Virus record (IMG/VR): IMGVR_UViG_3300027816_000051
Coordinates: 186,001 to 250,000 of that record
Direction: 5' to 3' (one strand)
Length of the DNA stretch: 64,000 nucleotides
The notes under the pieces are model-generated. The model did not search any database. It was given only the letters and a program-made list of their open reading frames with translations, and was not told the DNA's origin. Made by a program: the position numbers and the translations under genes. Positions 10,667 through 20,283 of the stretch are shown in pieces (the stretch's first letter is position 1; each line of letters opens with the position of its first letter).

Positions 10667-11539
10667 ATGATTAATAGAATTTTTACTCCTGAATGGAAAC
10701 TATGGATTTGGTCTAATATTGTGAATGGATATGATAGAGAGTCCATTTTTAATGTTTTACTTAATAATGGATTTGATTACAATTTAATTAAAAGAGAACT
10801 TGAAATTGAACCAACTAACGCGTTAATTTGGCAAAGACAATATTCACAGGAAAACCTTAATCAACCTTACGAAGTTGAACTTTATCCGTTCAATAAATCT
10901 CTATGTGATAACCCAAGAGCTTATAGAGTTGAAAATAATTTAGTTGAAATTTATCATTACCCTGAATTATTAACATTAATTGAATGTGATGATTTGATAT
11001 CGATTACAGACAAAAAATTAAACTCACAGAAAAAATCTAAGGACTTGCAATCACCCATGATTCATAAGTTAGATAAAAAGTCTGAGATTTATAAAACAGT
11101 AAATGAGAGAATCAATTCTGTTATTGGTATTCGAGATTCATTTGGTGAAGATGTTTTTATTCAAAAAATAACACCCGAATTCAATTATGAGGAAAAATAC
11201 GATTTTCTACTACCTAATCAAATATCGGAGGACAAATTGTTTACAAACATGGGTAATAGATTGTGGAGTGTCCAAATATCATTGAATAACATTACTGAGG
11301 GTGGACATCTAACTTTTAATTCAATTGAAAGAAGTGTAAAACCTGTAAAAGGAGATGGAGTAATTTGGAAAAATTTATACCATGATTTTCAACTAAACCC
11401 TTACACCAAACATACACATTTTAAAACAACCGAAGGCGATAAATACGTTTTGTTTAAGTATTATAGAATGGCTGACGGTAGTCAAGTCGTAAAAGAAGGA
11501 CAACAAGAAATTGAAATTCAATTAGATGAGATTAAGTAG
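10667..11539 (+). CDS. Prolyl-4-hydroxylase-like 2OG-Fe(II) oxygenase (divergent)
   Basis: GNRLWS..LNNITEGGHLTF..PVKGDGVIWKNL..NPYTKH..GDKY follows the P4H pattern. Confidence 0.65.
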   Translation: MINRIFTPEWKLWIWSNIVNGYDRESIFNVLLNNGFDYNLIKRELEIEPTNALIWQRQYSQENLNQPYEVELYPFNKSLCDNPRAYRVENNLVEIYHYPELLTLIECDDLISITDKKLNSQKKSKDLQSPMIHKLDKKSEIYKTVNERINSVIGIRDSFGEDVFIQKITPEFNYEEKYDFLLPNQISEDKLFTNMGNRLWSVQISLNNITEGGHLTFNSIERSVKPVKGDGVIWKNLYHDFQLNPYTKHTHFKTTEGDKYVLFKYYRMADGSQVVKEGQQEIEIQLDEIK

Positions 11540-11821
11540 TATTATTTTATTTGTTTTACTCGTCACATCATGTTCTGAACCAAACACAAAACAAGTTGTA
11601 AACGATAGGAATAACCCCCAAACTATTAAACTTAGTAATCAATCCGAATACAGAGTTTTTGAATGGGAACATAAGGGACATACTTATCTCATAATCGATA
11701 GAAGTCATGGTTCAGGAATCACACACGCAGGACATTGTCCCTGTGGAAAATAAACTTACTTCTGAACAAGAAGAGATTTTATGGTGGGAACACTATGAGA
11801 AAATGTATTTAACCAGCGAAG

Positions 11822-12361
11822 ATGGGGAATCTGAATTTTCATGAAGATATAAAAATCGGTCAAACTAATGAACAAGTAGTCATTGATGTATTTGAAAGAG
11901 AATACAATGCTATTTGTGTTGGGAAGAGTGAAAAAGAAAATGGTAATTTAAAAGAGTTCGATTTAATATTCAATTTCCCAACTAAAACCCATGTGGTTGC
12001 AGAAGTCAAGACAGAAGACAAATGGGTACAACCCGGTAGAACATTACCAAACGGTGCCTATTTTCCCGGTATAGATACTGGTAACCTATGTATTGAATTT
12101 AGGATGCACGGTAAGGACAGTGGAATAATGGTAACCAAATCAGATTTGTGGGTAATAGTTTTTATGAACATCAAAGAGATTTGGGTGATTAAAACTAATA
12201 AATTAAGAAAATTAATTTCAGAAAATAATTTCAAAGTAAAGATAGGTGGTGACGAGGTTTATGCTGGAACTAACGTATTGATTCCTGAAGAGAAAAGGTC
12301 ACATATGTATTTGATTCCAAGAAAAAACTTTGAGTCTCATTTTACAGTTTTAAAATACTAA
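11822..12361 (+). CDS. PD-(D/E)xK nuclease-like protein
   Basis: GQTNE helix, EFDLI, AEVKTE, TGNLCIE. Confidence 0.6.
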   Translation: MGNLNFHEDIKIGQTNEQVVIDVFEREYNAICVGKSEKENGNLKEFDLIFNFPTKTHVVAEVKTEDKWVQPGRTLPNGAYFPGIDTGNLCIEFRMHGKDSGIMVTKSDLWVIVFMNIKEIWVIKTNKLRKLISENNFKVKIGGDEVYAGTNVLIPEEKRSHMYLIPRKNFESHFTVLKY

Positions 12362-12774
12362 CCAAATCTTTCTCTCACGAAATCTTGCATTATCTTACCC
12401 ATAATGTTTGCAAAATTTAATTCAGATAACTCACTTTGAGTTACAAATCTAAGATACTGACCCTCATTTAGTGGAATTTCTTCAATAGGTTTGTCAATCA
12501 CACCGTGAAATATATATTTAATATTTGGGGACACATCACCCTCAATACAGACATACTTCTTCCAAAAAGAAAATCTAACTAAACTGCTCGAGTCAGTTTC
12601 AATTTCTTCTATCATTTCTCTTTTCAACGCTTCTAATGGTGTTTCTCTTTTTTCAACGTGACCACCTATAAGGTCCCAATGATTTGGAAAGGGGATATCT
12701 GGGTTGTTGTCTCTTAAATACACCAAGTATTTACCTTCAGGGTTTTGAAGAATGATTTGAGATATTTGTATCAT
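12358..12774 (-). CDS. NUDIX hydrolase
   Basis: Nudix box GGHVEKRETPLEALKREMIEEI. Confidence 0.9.
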   Translation of the reverse strand: MIQISQIILQNPEGKYLVYLRDNNPDIPFPNHWDLIGGHVEKRETPLEALKREMIEEIETDSSSLVRFSFWKKYVCIEGDVSPNIKYIFHGVIDKPIEEIPLNEGQYLRFVTQSELSELNFANIMGKIMQDFVRERFG

Positions 12775-13207
12775 AATTTTGATTTATAAAGATAAATATT
12801 TATACTTTACGTATGAAAATAGTTTTATTAACATTTGGTATATTGTTTCTAATTGTAACCTGGTTGTTTGCAACTGCAACAACCATAAACGGAGAGCACA
12901 ATCGAACAGCATTTAAAATTAAATCATTATTTTATTGGGTTGCTGTGACCTCATCATTTTGTTTGGGGTATATGATTGCCTCAAAATTTTAAATCGACAA
13001 TAAATGAACAACGCAGAAACTCACGAATTTTATGGATGGATGGCTTTTAATGAAGGATTCTTTCACGAGTGGAGAGATGAGGTTGCGAACAGACTTTTAA
13101 AATTAAGTCCCCATGAGTGTGCTAGAGATGATTTTAGGGCGAATTTGTCAATTGAGGTTTTTAACGAAATGACTAAACGCAAAAATAATCTTGAGTTAGG
13201 GGAATAA

Positions 13208-13672
13208 ATGGTGGATATGACTTTTTTAGAAAAAATAAAAGTAGTTGTTGATAGAAGATATAATTCCGAATTGTTAAAAAGGCACGACGGTGATTTCTTT
13301 TGTAATAAATGGTGGTGCTTTAAAGTCAAAGTAGAGACAATACCAATGTCCGAAATTAAAACAAGAGTAAAATCAATTCATTTAAAACCAATACATAAAC
13401 AAATTGAATTAGATATAATAGAAAGAGGGTTTGATTATAATAAGGGTCACATCTATCTAACAAACAAAAATTATATTTTTGATGGTTATCATAGGTACTT
13501 TATTTTAAAAAGACATTTTGACGATTCACTATTAATTACCGTTTATAGGTTGACAAATGTCAGTAGCGGATTCACATATGCATTTAAAATGTCTATTATA
13601 CATTTGTTTGTAAAAATTTATAGATTTTTGTTTAAAAGAGATAAAGGACAAATCATAGAAATAAATTTGTAA
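13208..13672 (+). CDS. ParB/Srx-like domain protein
   Basis: YIFDGYHRY motif. Confidence 0.55.
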   Translation: MVDMTFLEKIKVVVDRRYNSELLKRHDGDFFCNKWWCFKVKVETIPMSEIKTRVKSIHLKPIHKQIELDIIERGFDYNKGHIYLTNKNYIFDGYHRYFILKRHFDDSLLITVYRLTNVSSGFTYAFKMSIIHLFVKIYRFLFKRDKGQIIEINL

Positions 13673-13697
13673 TCATTTAATTGAGATAATTATAGAT

Positions 13698-14393
13698 ATG
13701 AAAATAGATGCACTTTTTATTTCAGATGTTCACCTTGGTACTAAGGGTAGTAATTCTGAAATGGTGCTTGAAGTCCTAAAAAAATATGAACCAACTTATT
13801 TGTTTTTAGTTGGTGATATCATAGATGGTTGGATGTTACAGAGGAAGTTCAGATGGAAACAAAACGACACCAATGTGATAAGAAAAATATTATCACATTC
13901 CAAAAGAGGTACTCAAGTAATTTATGTTACTGGTAATCATGATGAATTTTTAAGACAATATACGGACTTATCTTTTGGTAACATTGAAATTTGTAATGAA
14001 TACAAATATGGTAATGTATTTATTACCCATGGAGACCTTTATGATGGTGTGGTTAAGTTAAAATGGTTAGGTATTTTAGGTTCCATTGGTTACGATATTG
14101 CGATTTCTATAGATAGGACTCTAAAAAAATTTGGACATAAGAGGTCCCTTTCTAAATTTTTAAAGGACAGTGTTAAAGAGGCTGTTAAATTTATTACGAG
14201 TTTTGAGGTAGAACTGGTTAGACAGGCAAAAAAAAGAGAGTGTGACACTGTGATATGTGGTCACATACACAATCCTGAAGATAAAATTATTGAGGGTGTG
14301 AGGTATTTAAATTGTGGGGATTGGATAGAAAACAATACTTACATAATACATCATAACGGGGATTTTAAACTTCAGAGATATGCCACTTTATAA
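13698..14393 (+). CDS. UDP-2,3-diacylglucosamine diphosphatase-like metallophosphoesterase (LpxH family)
   Basis: ISDVHLG, LVGDIIDGW, GNHDE, HGD, CGHIH, NCGDW. Confidence 0.85.
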   Translation: MKIDALFISDVHLGTKGSNSEMVLEVLKKYEPTYLFLVGDIIDGWMLQRKFRWKQNDTNVIRKILSHSKRGTQVIYVTGNHDEFLRQYTDLSFGNIEICNEYKYGNVFITHGDLYDGVVKLKWLGILGSIGYDIAISIDRTLKKFGHKRSLSKFLKDSVKEAVKFITSFEVELVRQAKKRECDTVICGHIHNPEDKIIEGVRYLNCGDWIENNTYIIHHNGDFKLQRYATL

Positions 14394-15117
14394 ACCAACA
14401 AAAATAAAAAACAAACTAACCATTGTAATTCCATGTTACAATGAAGACAAGTATATTAAGAAGACTCTCGACTCAATACACAAACAAGTTTTAATTGATG
14501 GTACAAGAGTAATCATTGCTGATAACCATTCAACAGACCGAACAAGGGCGATTATCAATAATATGTCTATGATGTACTCTGATAGACTTAAGATAGAAAT
14601 GATTGACGGTGGTAAAGTTGGTGAAGCAAGAAATTTAGGGAGTGATTTGGTTAATACTGAATATGTTTTATTTGTGGATGCTGACATCCAATTCTTCAAT
14701 TCAATTACAATTCACGACTGTATTGAGGAAATGATTTTGGAAGATTTGGATTTGATGACATGTAAAATAAAATCAACATCTAAAAATTGGAAGTCCAAAT
14801 TGGTATTCGTTTGTTTTAATTCCGTTAATAATATTATTAGTAAATTCAGTCCATTCGCTGTTGGTACCTTTTTCTTGACAAAAACTGATAAATTTAGAGA
14901 ATTAGGTAAATTTAATGAGGAATACCAACACAGTGAAGACTATGGTTTAAGTAGGAAATACAATTCAAAAAAGTTTAAAATATCCGAACATTACGTTGGT
15001 CAAGATGACCGTAGATTCAAGAAAATGGGGTATTTGGGAATGATTAAACTAATCATTAAGTCCTTTTTGAATAGGGAAAACGAAGAATATTTCAAAAAAG
15101 ATATTGGTTATTGGTGA
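14380..15117 (+). CDS. Glycosyltransferase family 2
   Basis: IVIPCYNE, DNHSTD, ARNLG, FVDAD (DxD), SED. Confidence 0.9.
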   Translation: MPLYKPTKIKNKLTIVIPCYNEDKYIKKTLDSIHKQVLIDGTRVIIADNHSTDRTRAIINNMSMMYSDRLKIEMIDGGKVGEARNLGSDLVNTEYVLFVDADIQFFNSITIHDCIEEMILEDLDLMTCKIKSTSKNWKSKLVFVCFNSVNNIISKFSPFAVGTFFLTKTDKFRELGKFNEEYQHSEDYGLSRKYNSKKFKISEHYVGQDDRRFKKMGYLGMIKLIIKSFLNRENEEYFKKDIGYW

Positions 15118-15863
15118 TTTCAAAAAAAATTTTGAAATTTAAAATATTCTTCTTAATATTGACTCATGATTGTACTTTTATTATTTATCATTTGCATACT
15201 TTTGTATGCAATCAATGAAAACATCCGAAAAAAATAAATCACTATGCTTCACACCAACATTGAGGTATACGAGTATTTACAACCACACTACAAGTGGAAT
15301 TTAGTATCTATTGCATTCTGTGATAGAATGTTGATGGTGTTGATTTCAAAAGGTTGTAGTGATAAGGAGATATTAGATTTAAAAAAATACCTAAACAAAA
15401 ATCAGTTCTATGAATATGAAGAAACTAATCTATACTACCGTTTAAAAAGTAGGTCGGGTGAATTTGTAGAACCTCCAATATTTGACAGGGAGAATGGTGA
15501 AGTTAGGGTTGAGATGGCGAAAAGATTTATCGGTAGAACACAACAATTTTAATATTATCTTTGTATGGTGGTACACAAAAAAGTCAAAGAAGCATACCAA
15601 GAATATATCAAGTGGTATGATAACTTAGGTATAAATAGGGAATACCTGAGAGAAGTAAAAATCAAGAGTCTTACTGAATTTGCACAAAGGATAATCAATG
15701 ATTATGAACTTTGGTATATGTTCGGTGAGGATTGTACCTTACCACTGTCACTTTTGGAAAGACAAGAAATATTCAAGGAAAGACATCCAAGTTCATGGGA
15801 TATTTTATCTCATAAACATTATGATGATTTTTTAATACCAACAGTAAAATTAATAAGATAAAC

Positions 15864-16448
15864 ATGAAGTATACGCTAAAAACTTATGGATGGAGCGCCG
15901 AGTTTATCGGTAAAAAACTCACTGACGAACAGGTTGAACAAATTGAACTCTTAAAAGAAGAAAAAGAGTACGATGAACTTTGGGAAACTAGATTTGACTT
16001 GGAAAGTTTAGATATTGACATTTACGATGGTGACATCTTTCACGTAAACAAAGCATTGGATAACCAAACAATGACCTTTGAACTTGAAGATGAAAATGGT
16101 AACAACGTACTATCTTTTGGTATTGAAGATATTCAAACAATCTCTTCAGTGAATGAGGATTGGGATGATTATATTTCACACCGAGCATTCCCAATGGAAA
16201 AGGGTGAAAATATCTATGTGAGTGTTGACGAAAACAAAGGTGGTATTTGGGAATATGAAATTGAATCTGAAACGGTTCCAACCATTGAAGATTTTACCTA
16301 CTGTCACGGTTCTGTCGACTTTCCTGATGGGGACTGGGATTACATCGATAGAATATTTTTTAAGGGTGAATCCATGGAACCCTCTGATTTTTTGGACAAC
16401 TGGGGTAAATCCTCTCAGGTAGACATTTTTAAATTTGAAGAAAACTAG
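15864..16448 (+). CDS. Acidic hypothetical protein
   Basis: 194-aa ORF in an operon. Confidence 0.6.
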   Translation: MKYTLKTYGWSAEFIGKKLTDEQVEQIELLKEEKEYDELWETRFDLESLDIDIYDGDIFHVNKALDNQTMTFELEDENGNNVLSFGIEDIQTISSVNEDWDDYISHRAFPMEKGENIYVSVDENKGGIWEYEIESETVPTIEDFTYCHGSVDFPDGDWDYIDRIFFKGESMEPSDFLDNWGKSSQVDIFKFEEN

Positions 16449-16629
16449 TTCACCTTGTAAGGAATGTCCATGGGTTGTCAGAAATAATAATAATGACACC
16501 ATCATCCATTTTTCTAAACGAATGGGTAAATCACACGCTTGTCATATGGTTCAAAAAAACATATGGGACGTTTCCAAAGACAATATTTGTGAAGGTAGTA
16601 AAAGACACTTCAAAAAAAATTAAAATATT

Positions 16630-16660
16630 TTTGCATATTAAAAAATATACATTATATTTG
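16630..16660 (+). promoter_or_regulatory. Bacteroidota primary-sigma promoter
   Basis: TTTG-N19-TATATTTG. Confidence 0.75.
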
Positions 16661-16786
16661 TATCAAAATTAATTATGACAGTTATTTTAGTATACATAGG
16701 ATTCTCTCTTTGGTTTCTCGCTGGTTACAAAGTAGGGGAATATAGAACAAGAAAAGAATATCTAAAGAAACGTTCCGATTAATCAT

Positions 16787-16989
16787 CGGATAGTGTGCCT
16801 CACATGATGAGAAACGGTGTGATAACCGTAGAGGACTGATAATAAGACAACGTCTTATTCGGACTGACTATCCGCGGGGAATACCAAAAGGGTGATAAAG
16901 AACAACGTGCCCCTGTAAGTCTATTCCTAACCCGGCAACGGGGACAACCATAACACCTGAAAGTTGGATAAATTAGGGTGTTTTTTTTT
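16787..16989 (+). ncRNA. Putative structured non-coding RNA (unclassified)
   Basis: GC-richer intergenic stretch with nested stems cggatagt/actatccg, acggt/accgt, aataagac/gtcttatt, ending in a hairpin and T-tract. Confidence 0.4.
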
Positions 16990-17696
16990 GTGATTTTTTT
17001 GGATTTCACAAAAAAATTTTTATATTTGAAGAAAAATGTGATTATGGAAAGATATCCCTTTTGGTTGAACAACTTGGTGTACTTCTTAGCAGGTATAGGA
17101 TTTGGATTTTTAATCTTTATGTATCTATGAACACATTTTATATAGGTCAACGGGTTTTATACAAACAAATGGACTGTGTTGTGACTAATGCATCCATTGC
17201 TCGTGGAAAAAAGTATGAAGTTTCTCCTGTTGGTCGTAATCAATACTTCATCGTGGGGTATTGGGAGATTGAAACACCTAAAACTACATACAATGGACAA
17301 CCAAGGAAAGAGGAAGGAACAAATTGAATTTAGTGAAAAAATGGCTTTTTGGTCATTAATTGGTATTATCGTAATTATTGTGACTTTGATAATACTTAAT
17401 AGGTGAAGGAAAACCAAACTATGAGAATATACAAATCAAACAACTTAGAGAAAGAAACTATGTGCACTGGTACAATTTACAAATTTAAAGACCGATGGTT
17501 CTTTAGATACATCTTAATGTTCGACGATGAATATACAGAAATACCTGTTAATGAGGAATCAATTCCAAAATCTAAATGGATGTCGGAATTTTACTCTTCA
17601 GGTGTAAGAGTAAACGCTCAAATTGTTACAAAACAAAGAGAGGATGGTAGTATGTTTGACGAAGCAATTCTTGCAGAATAAAACTAATTTAATTAT

Positions 17697-17966
17697 ATGA
17701 AAACATTTAACGATTTAGAATTCGAACAAATCGATGAATCCCCATTTATGGTTGGTAAAAAGGTACGTACACAATTTGATAATGGATACGGGGTATCTGT
17801 CGTTTCTCACACATACTCCTACGGTGGTAAGGATGGTTTGTATGAACTTGCGGTCTTAGATAAAAATGGTGACCTCACCTACGAAACACCAATAACCAGC
17901 GATGTCCTTGGTTATTTAGAACCTGAACAAGTTACAGAGATTATGAAAAAAGTACAGTCTCTGTAA
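17697..17966 (+). CDS. Conserved phage hypothetical protein
   Basis: FDNGYGVSV..YELAVL..TPITSDVLGYL pattern. Confidence 0.65.
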   Translation: MKTFNDLEFEQIDESPFMVGKKVRTQFDNGYGVSVVSHTYSYGGKDGLYELAVLDKNGDLTYETPITSDVLGYLEPEQVTEIMKKVQSL

Positions 17967-18613
17967 TGATAGATAATATAGAATTAGTTAAGTCATTACT
18001 CAACTTCGAAAACGAGGGTGACTTCTATATGCTCTACATTTTCAAACGAAAGAAAGACCAACCCGAAGGGGAGAGAGATAATCACCAATCGGTGAGAACA
18101 ATTAAGACTTACTGTATTGAAAGTATCGAACATCTTGAACGTAGGTACGATGAGATTAAACAACTGTGTGAGATGTTTAAGGCGAGGGCATACATCCACG
18201 TTCAAAAACAAAATCACTTTGATGTTTCATTGAATATGATGGTTGACCTCGCTCAACGTATTCAGAATGGACAACATAATCAGAAAGGATTATTTGATAG
18301 CGTTGTTGGTCAGTTAAAGACACAGGAGAAACGTTGGATAGTGGATGTTGATGATGTAAAAGAGATGAGTCCAATGATGGTTGCATTTATTGAATATGAA
18401 TGTAAACCATTTACTGAAGTTGAATTTGATGAAGCCGGTGTTCCAATTGGTTACAAGGTGGGACCAAAGGTTGAGGCTGTAATCCCAACAAAGAACGGAC
18501 ACCACTTAATTACCAAAAAATTTGATGTGATGAAGTTTAAGGAGAGATACCCTGAATTAGATATTCAAAAGAAAAACCCCACACTACTTTATTTACCAAA
18601 TTCATTAGATTAA
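17966..18613 (+). CDS. Hypothetical protein with AEP primase-like motifs
   Basis: WIVDVD and PTKNGHHL resemble AEP motifs I and II. Confidence 0.45.
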   Translation: MIDNIELVKSLLNFENEGDFYMLYIFKRKKDQPEGERDNHQSVRTIKTYCIESIEHLERRYDEIKQLCEMFKARAYIHVQKQNHFDVSLNMMVDLAQRIQNGQHNQKGLFDSVVGQLKTQEKRWIVDVDDVKEMSPMMVAFIEYECKPFTEVEFDEAGVPIGYKVGPKVEAVIPTKNGHHLITKKFDVMKFKERYPELDIQKKNPTLLYLPNSLD

Positions 18614-18614
18614 T

Positions 18615-19310
18615 ATGATAAAAGAAAATCCAAATTACGTAAGGTTCGTAGAATCTTGGTCGTCAAAAGATGATTGGAGAGACCCAATCATGAAACCTGT
18701 TTGTTATGAAAATGGGTGGGTAGTTTCAACCAACTCATACAAAGCGTTGTGGTTTCATGATGTCGACTACATTAATAATGAAAACATACATGACCACAGC
18801 AAAGGTAATGGTGTCAACGCCCAACCTGTCATGTTTGAGTTTCGTAAATTTTATGAAGGTGATTCAAAACCATTCGGGAGAATTAAAGTATCTGACCTTG
18901 AAAAAGTTTATGAAGACATCAAGATGATTCCTGAGTTTGACAAAAAATATAAGGAATGTTATCAATGTGATGGACACGGGACTGTTGAGTGTAATTGTTG
19001 TGGACACGAAACCGAATGTGATGACTGTGATGGGGAAGGTAAGGTAGAATGTGGTGAAGAAGAAAATGGTGAGTACACTTATCCCAATAAACACTTCATT
19101 GTTGTTCACGGTGTTCATTTGTCATTATATGAGATGAGAGAACTCATCGATAATGTCAAGTTTATTGGTGTGGATGAATTGGAAGTTTATCCAACCGATA
19201 GTGATATTAAATCGTTATTTGGTATTCCAAATGAAAAAATGTATATTTTGATTATGGGTAATATGACTAACGATGTCGAAAAAACCTACAAAGTAAGAGT
19301 TAATTGTTAA
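18615..19310 (+). CDS. Protein with DnaJ-type CxxCxGxG zinc finger
   Basis: CYQCDGHG, CNCCG, CDDCDGEG. Confidence 0.65.
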   Translation: MIKENPNYVRFVESWSSKDDWRDPIMKPVCYENGWVVSTNSYKALWFHDVDYINNENIHDHSKGNGVNAQPVMFEFRKFYEGDSKPFGRIKVSDLEKVYEDIKMIPEFDKKYKECYQCDGHGTVECNCCGHETECDDCDGEGKVECGEEENGEYTYPNKHFIVVHGVHLSLYEMRELIDNVKFIGVDELEVYPTDSDIKSLFGIPNEKMYILIMGNMTNDVEKTYKVRVNC

Positions 19311-19440
19311 TATTATGGAAAATTTACATCCAGTAGCACAAGTAGTTGGAATAATCGTAATCGGTTTATGCGTTTGTATTGCGTTGTTATCACTATTCAC
19401 AACTTATTTTGATAAAGAATAAAATAAATCTCATTTCACT

Positions 19441-20283
19441 TTGCGGTACGTTTATAAAATTATTGAAAAATATAAGAGGTCATTATTATTAATATACTTC
19501 TACATCTTTATTGCACAAATCATTTTCTTGGTTGAACCCTATGTGTTGGGTAAATCAATAGATGGTTTATTGAATAAGGAGTATTATTGGATTGGGGTTT
19601 TTCTTTTAATAGAATCTCTCTCCAATTTTTTCATTTATAAACGTATGGTATTTGACACCAAGATTTACACATCTATCTACAATGATATTGTGTTTAACTA
19701 TTTGGATAGTTCAGAGGATTCGGATGTCTCAACGAGGTTGGGTAGAACGGATTTAGCACATAGTATTGTGGATTTCTTGGAACACCACATACACTATTAT
19801 ATAATGTCAATACTTTCCATAATTGGAACATTGTTTTTTATATTCATGTCCCACGTGGTTACTGGTTTTATTGTATTGTTATGTGCTCCGTTCATTTGTT
19901 TTATTGTATGGAAGTTCTACGGTAAGATTGCTCAGTCCACAAAAATTAGTCACAACCAACACGAAAAGAAAATGGATGTGCTCAACACAAACGATAGAGG
20001 TTTGATTGATTCATTCTTTAAAAGGAGAAGAAGGATTTGGATTTCAGCATCCACCCTACAAGGAAAGAATTGGACTTCACTCAATATGGTAAAGACCATC
20101 TTCTTGGTTTTATCATTAATCATTTTCACTCACGAAAATGTGAAACTAACACAAGGTGAAGCCATTGCAATGTATTCTTATATAAATCAATTTTTGGTTT
20201 CCCTCTTATCCATCCCTGTGGGTATGGAAATGTTTACAAGAATGACCGATATAATAAAAAGATTAAAAAATACAAATGAGTAA
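19441..20283 (+). CDS. Stand-alone ABC transporter transmembrane-domain protein
   Basis: Five to six TM helices in exporter-type spacing (EPYVLGKSID); no ATPase domain. Confidence 0.6.
   Translation: MRYVYKIIEKYKRSLLLIYFYIFIAQIIFLVEPYVLGKSIDGLLNKEYYWIGVFLLIESLSNFFIYKRMVFDTKIYTSIYNDIVFNYLDSSEDSDVSTRLGRTDLAHSIVDFLEHHIHYYIMSILSIIGTLFFIFMSHVVTGFIVLLCAPFICFIVWKFYGKIAQSTKISHNQHEKKMDVLNTNDRGLIDSFFKRRRRIWISASTLQGKNWTSLNMVKTIFLVLSLIIFTHENVKLTQGEAIAMYSYINQFLVSLLSIPVGMEMFTRMTDIIKRLKNTNE

Noticed and set aside
16840-16870. Hammerhead ribozyme core
   Set aside because: CTGATAA plus a stem is present, but the CUGANGA and GAAA consensus elements are not correctly placed.
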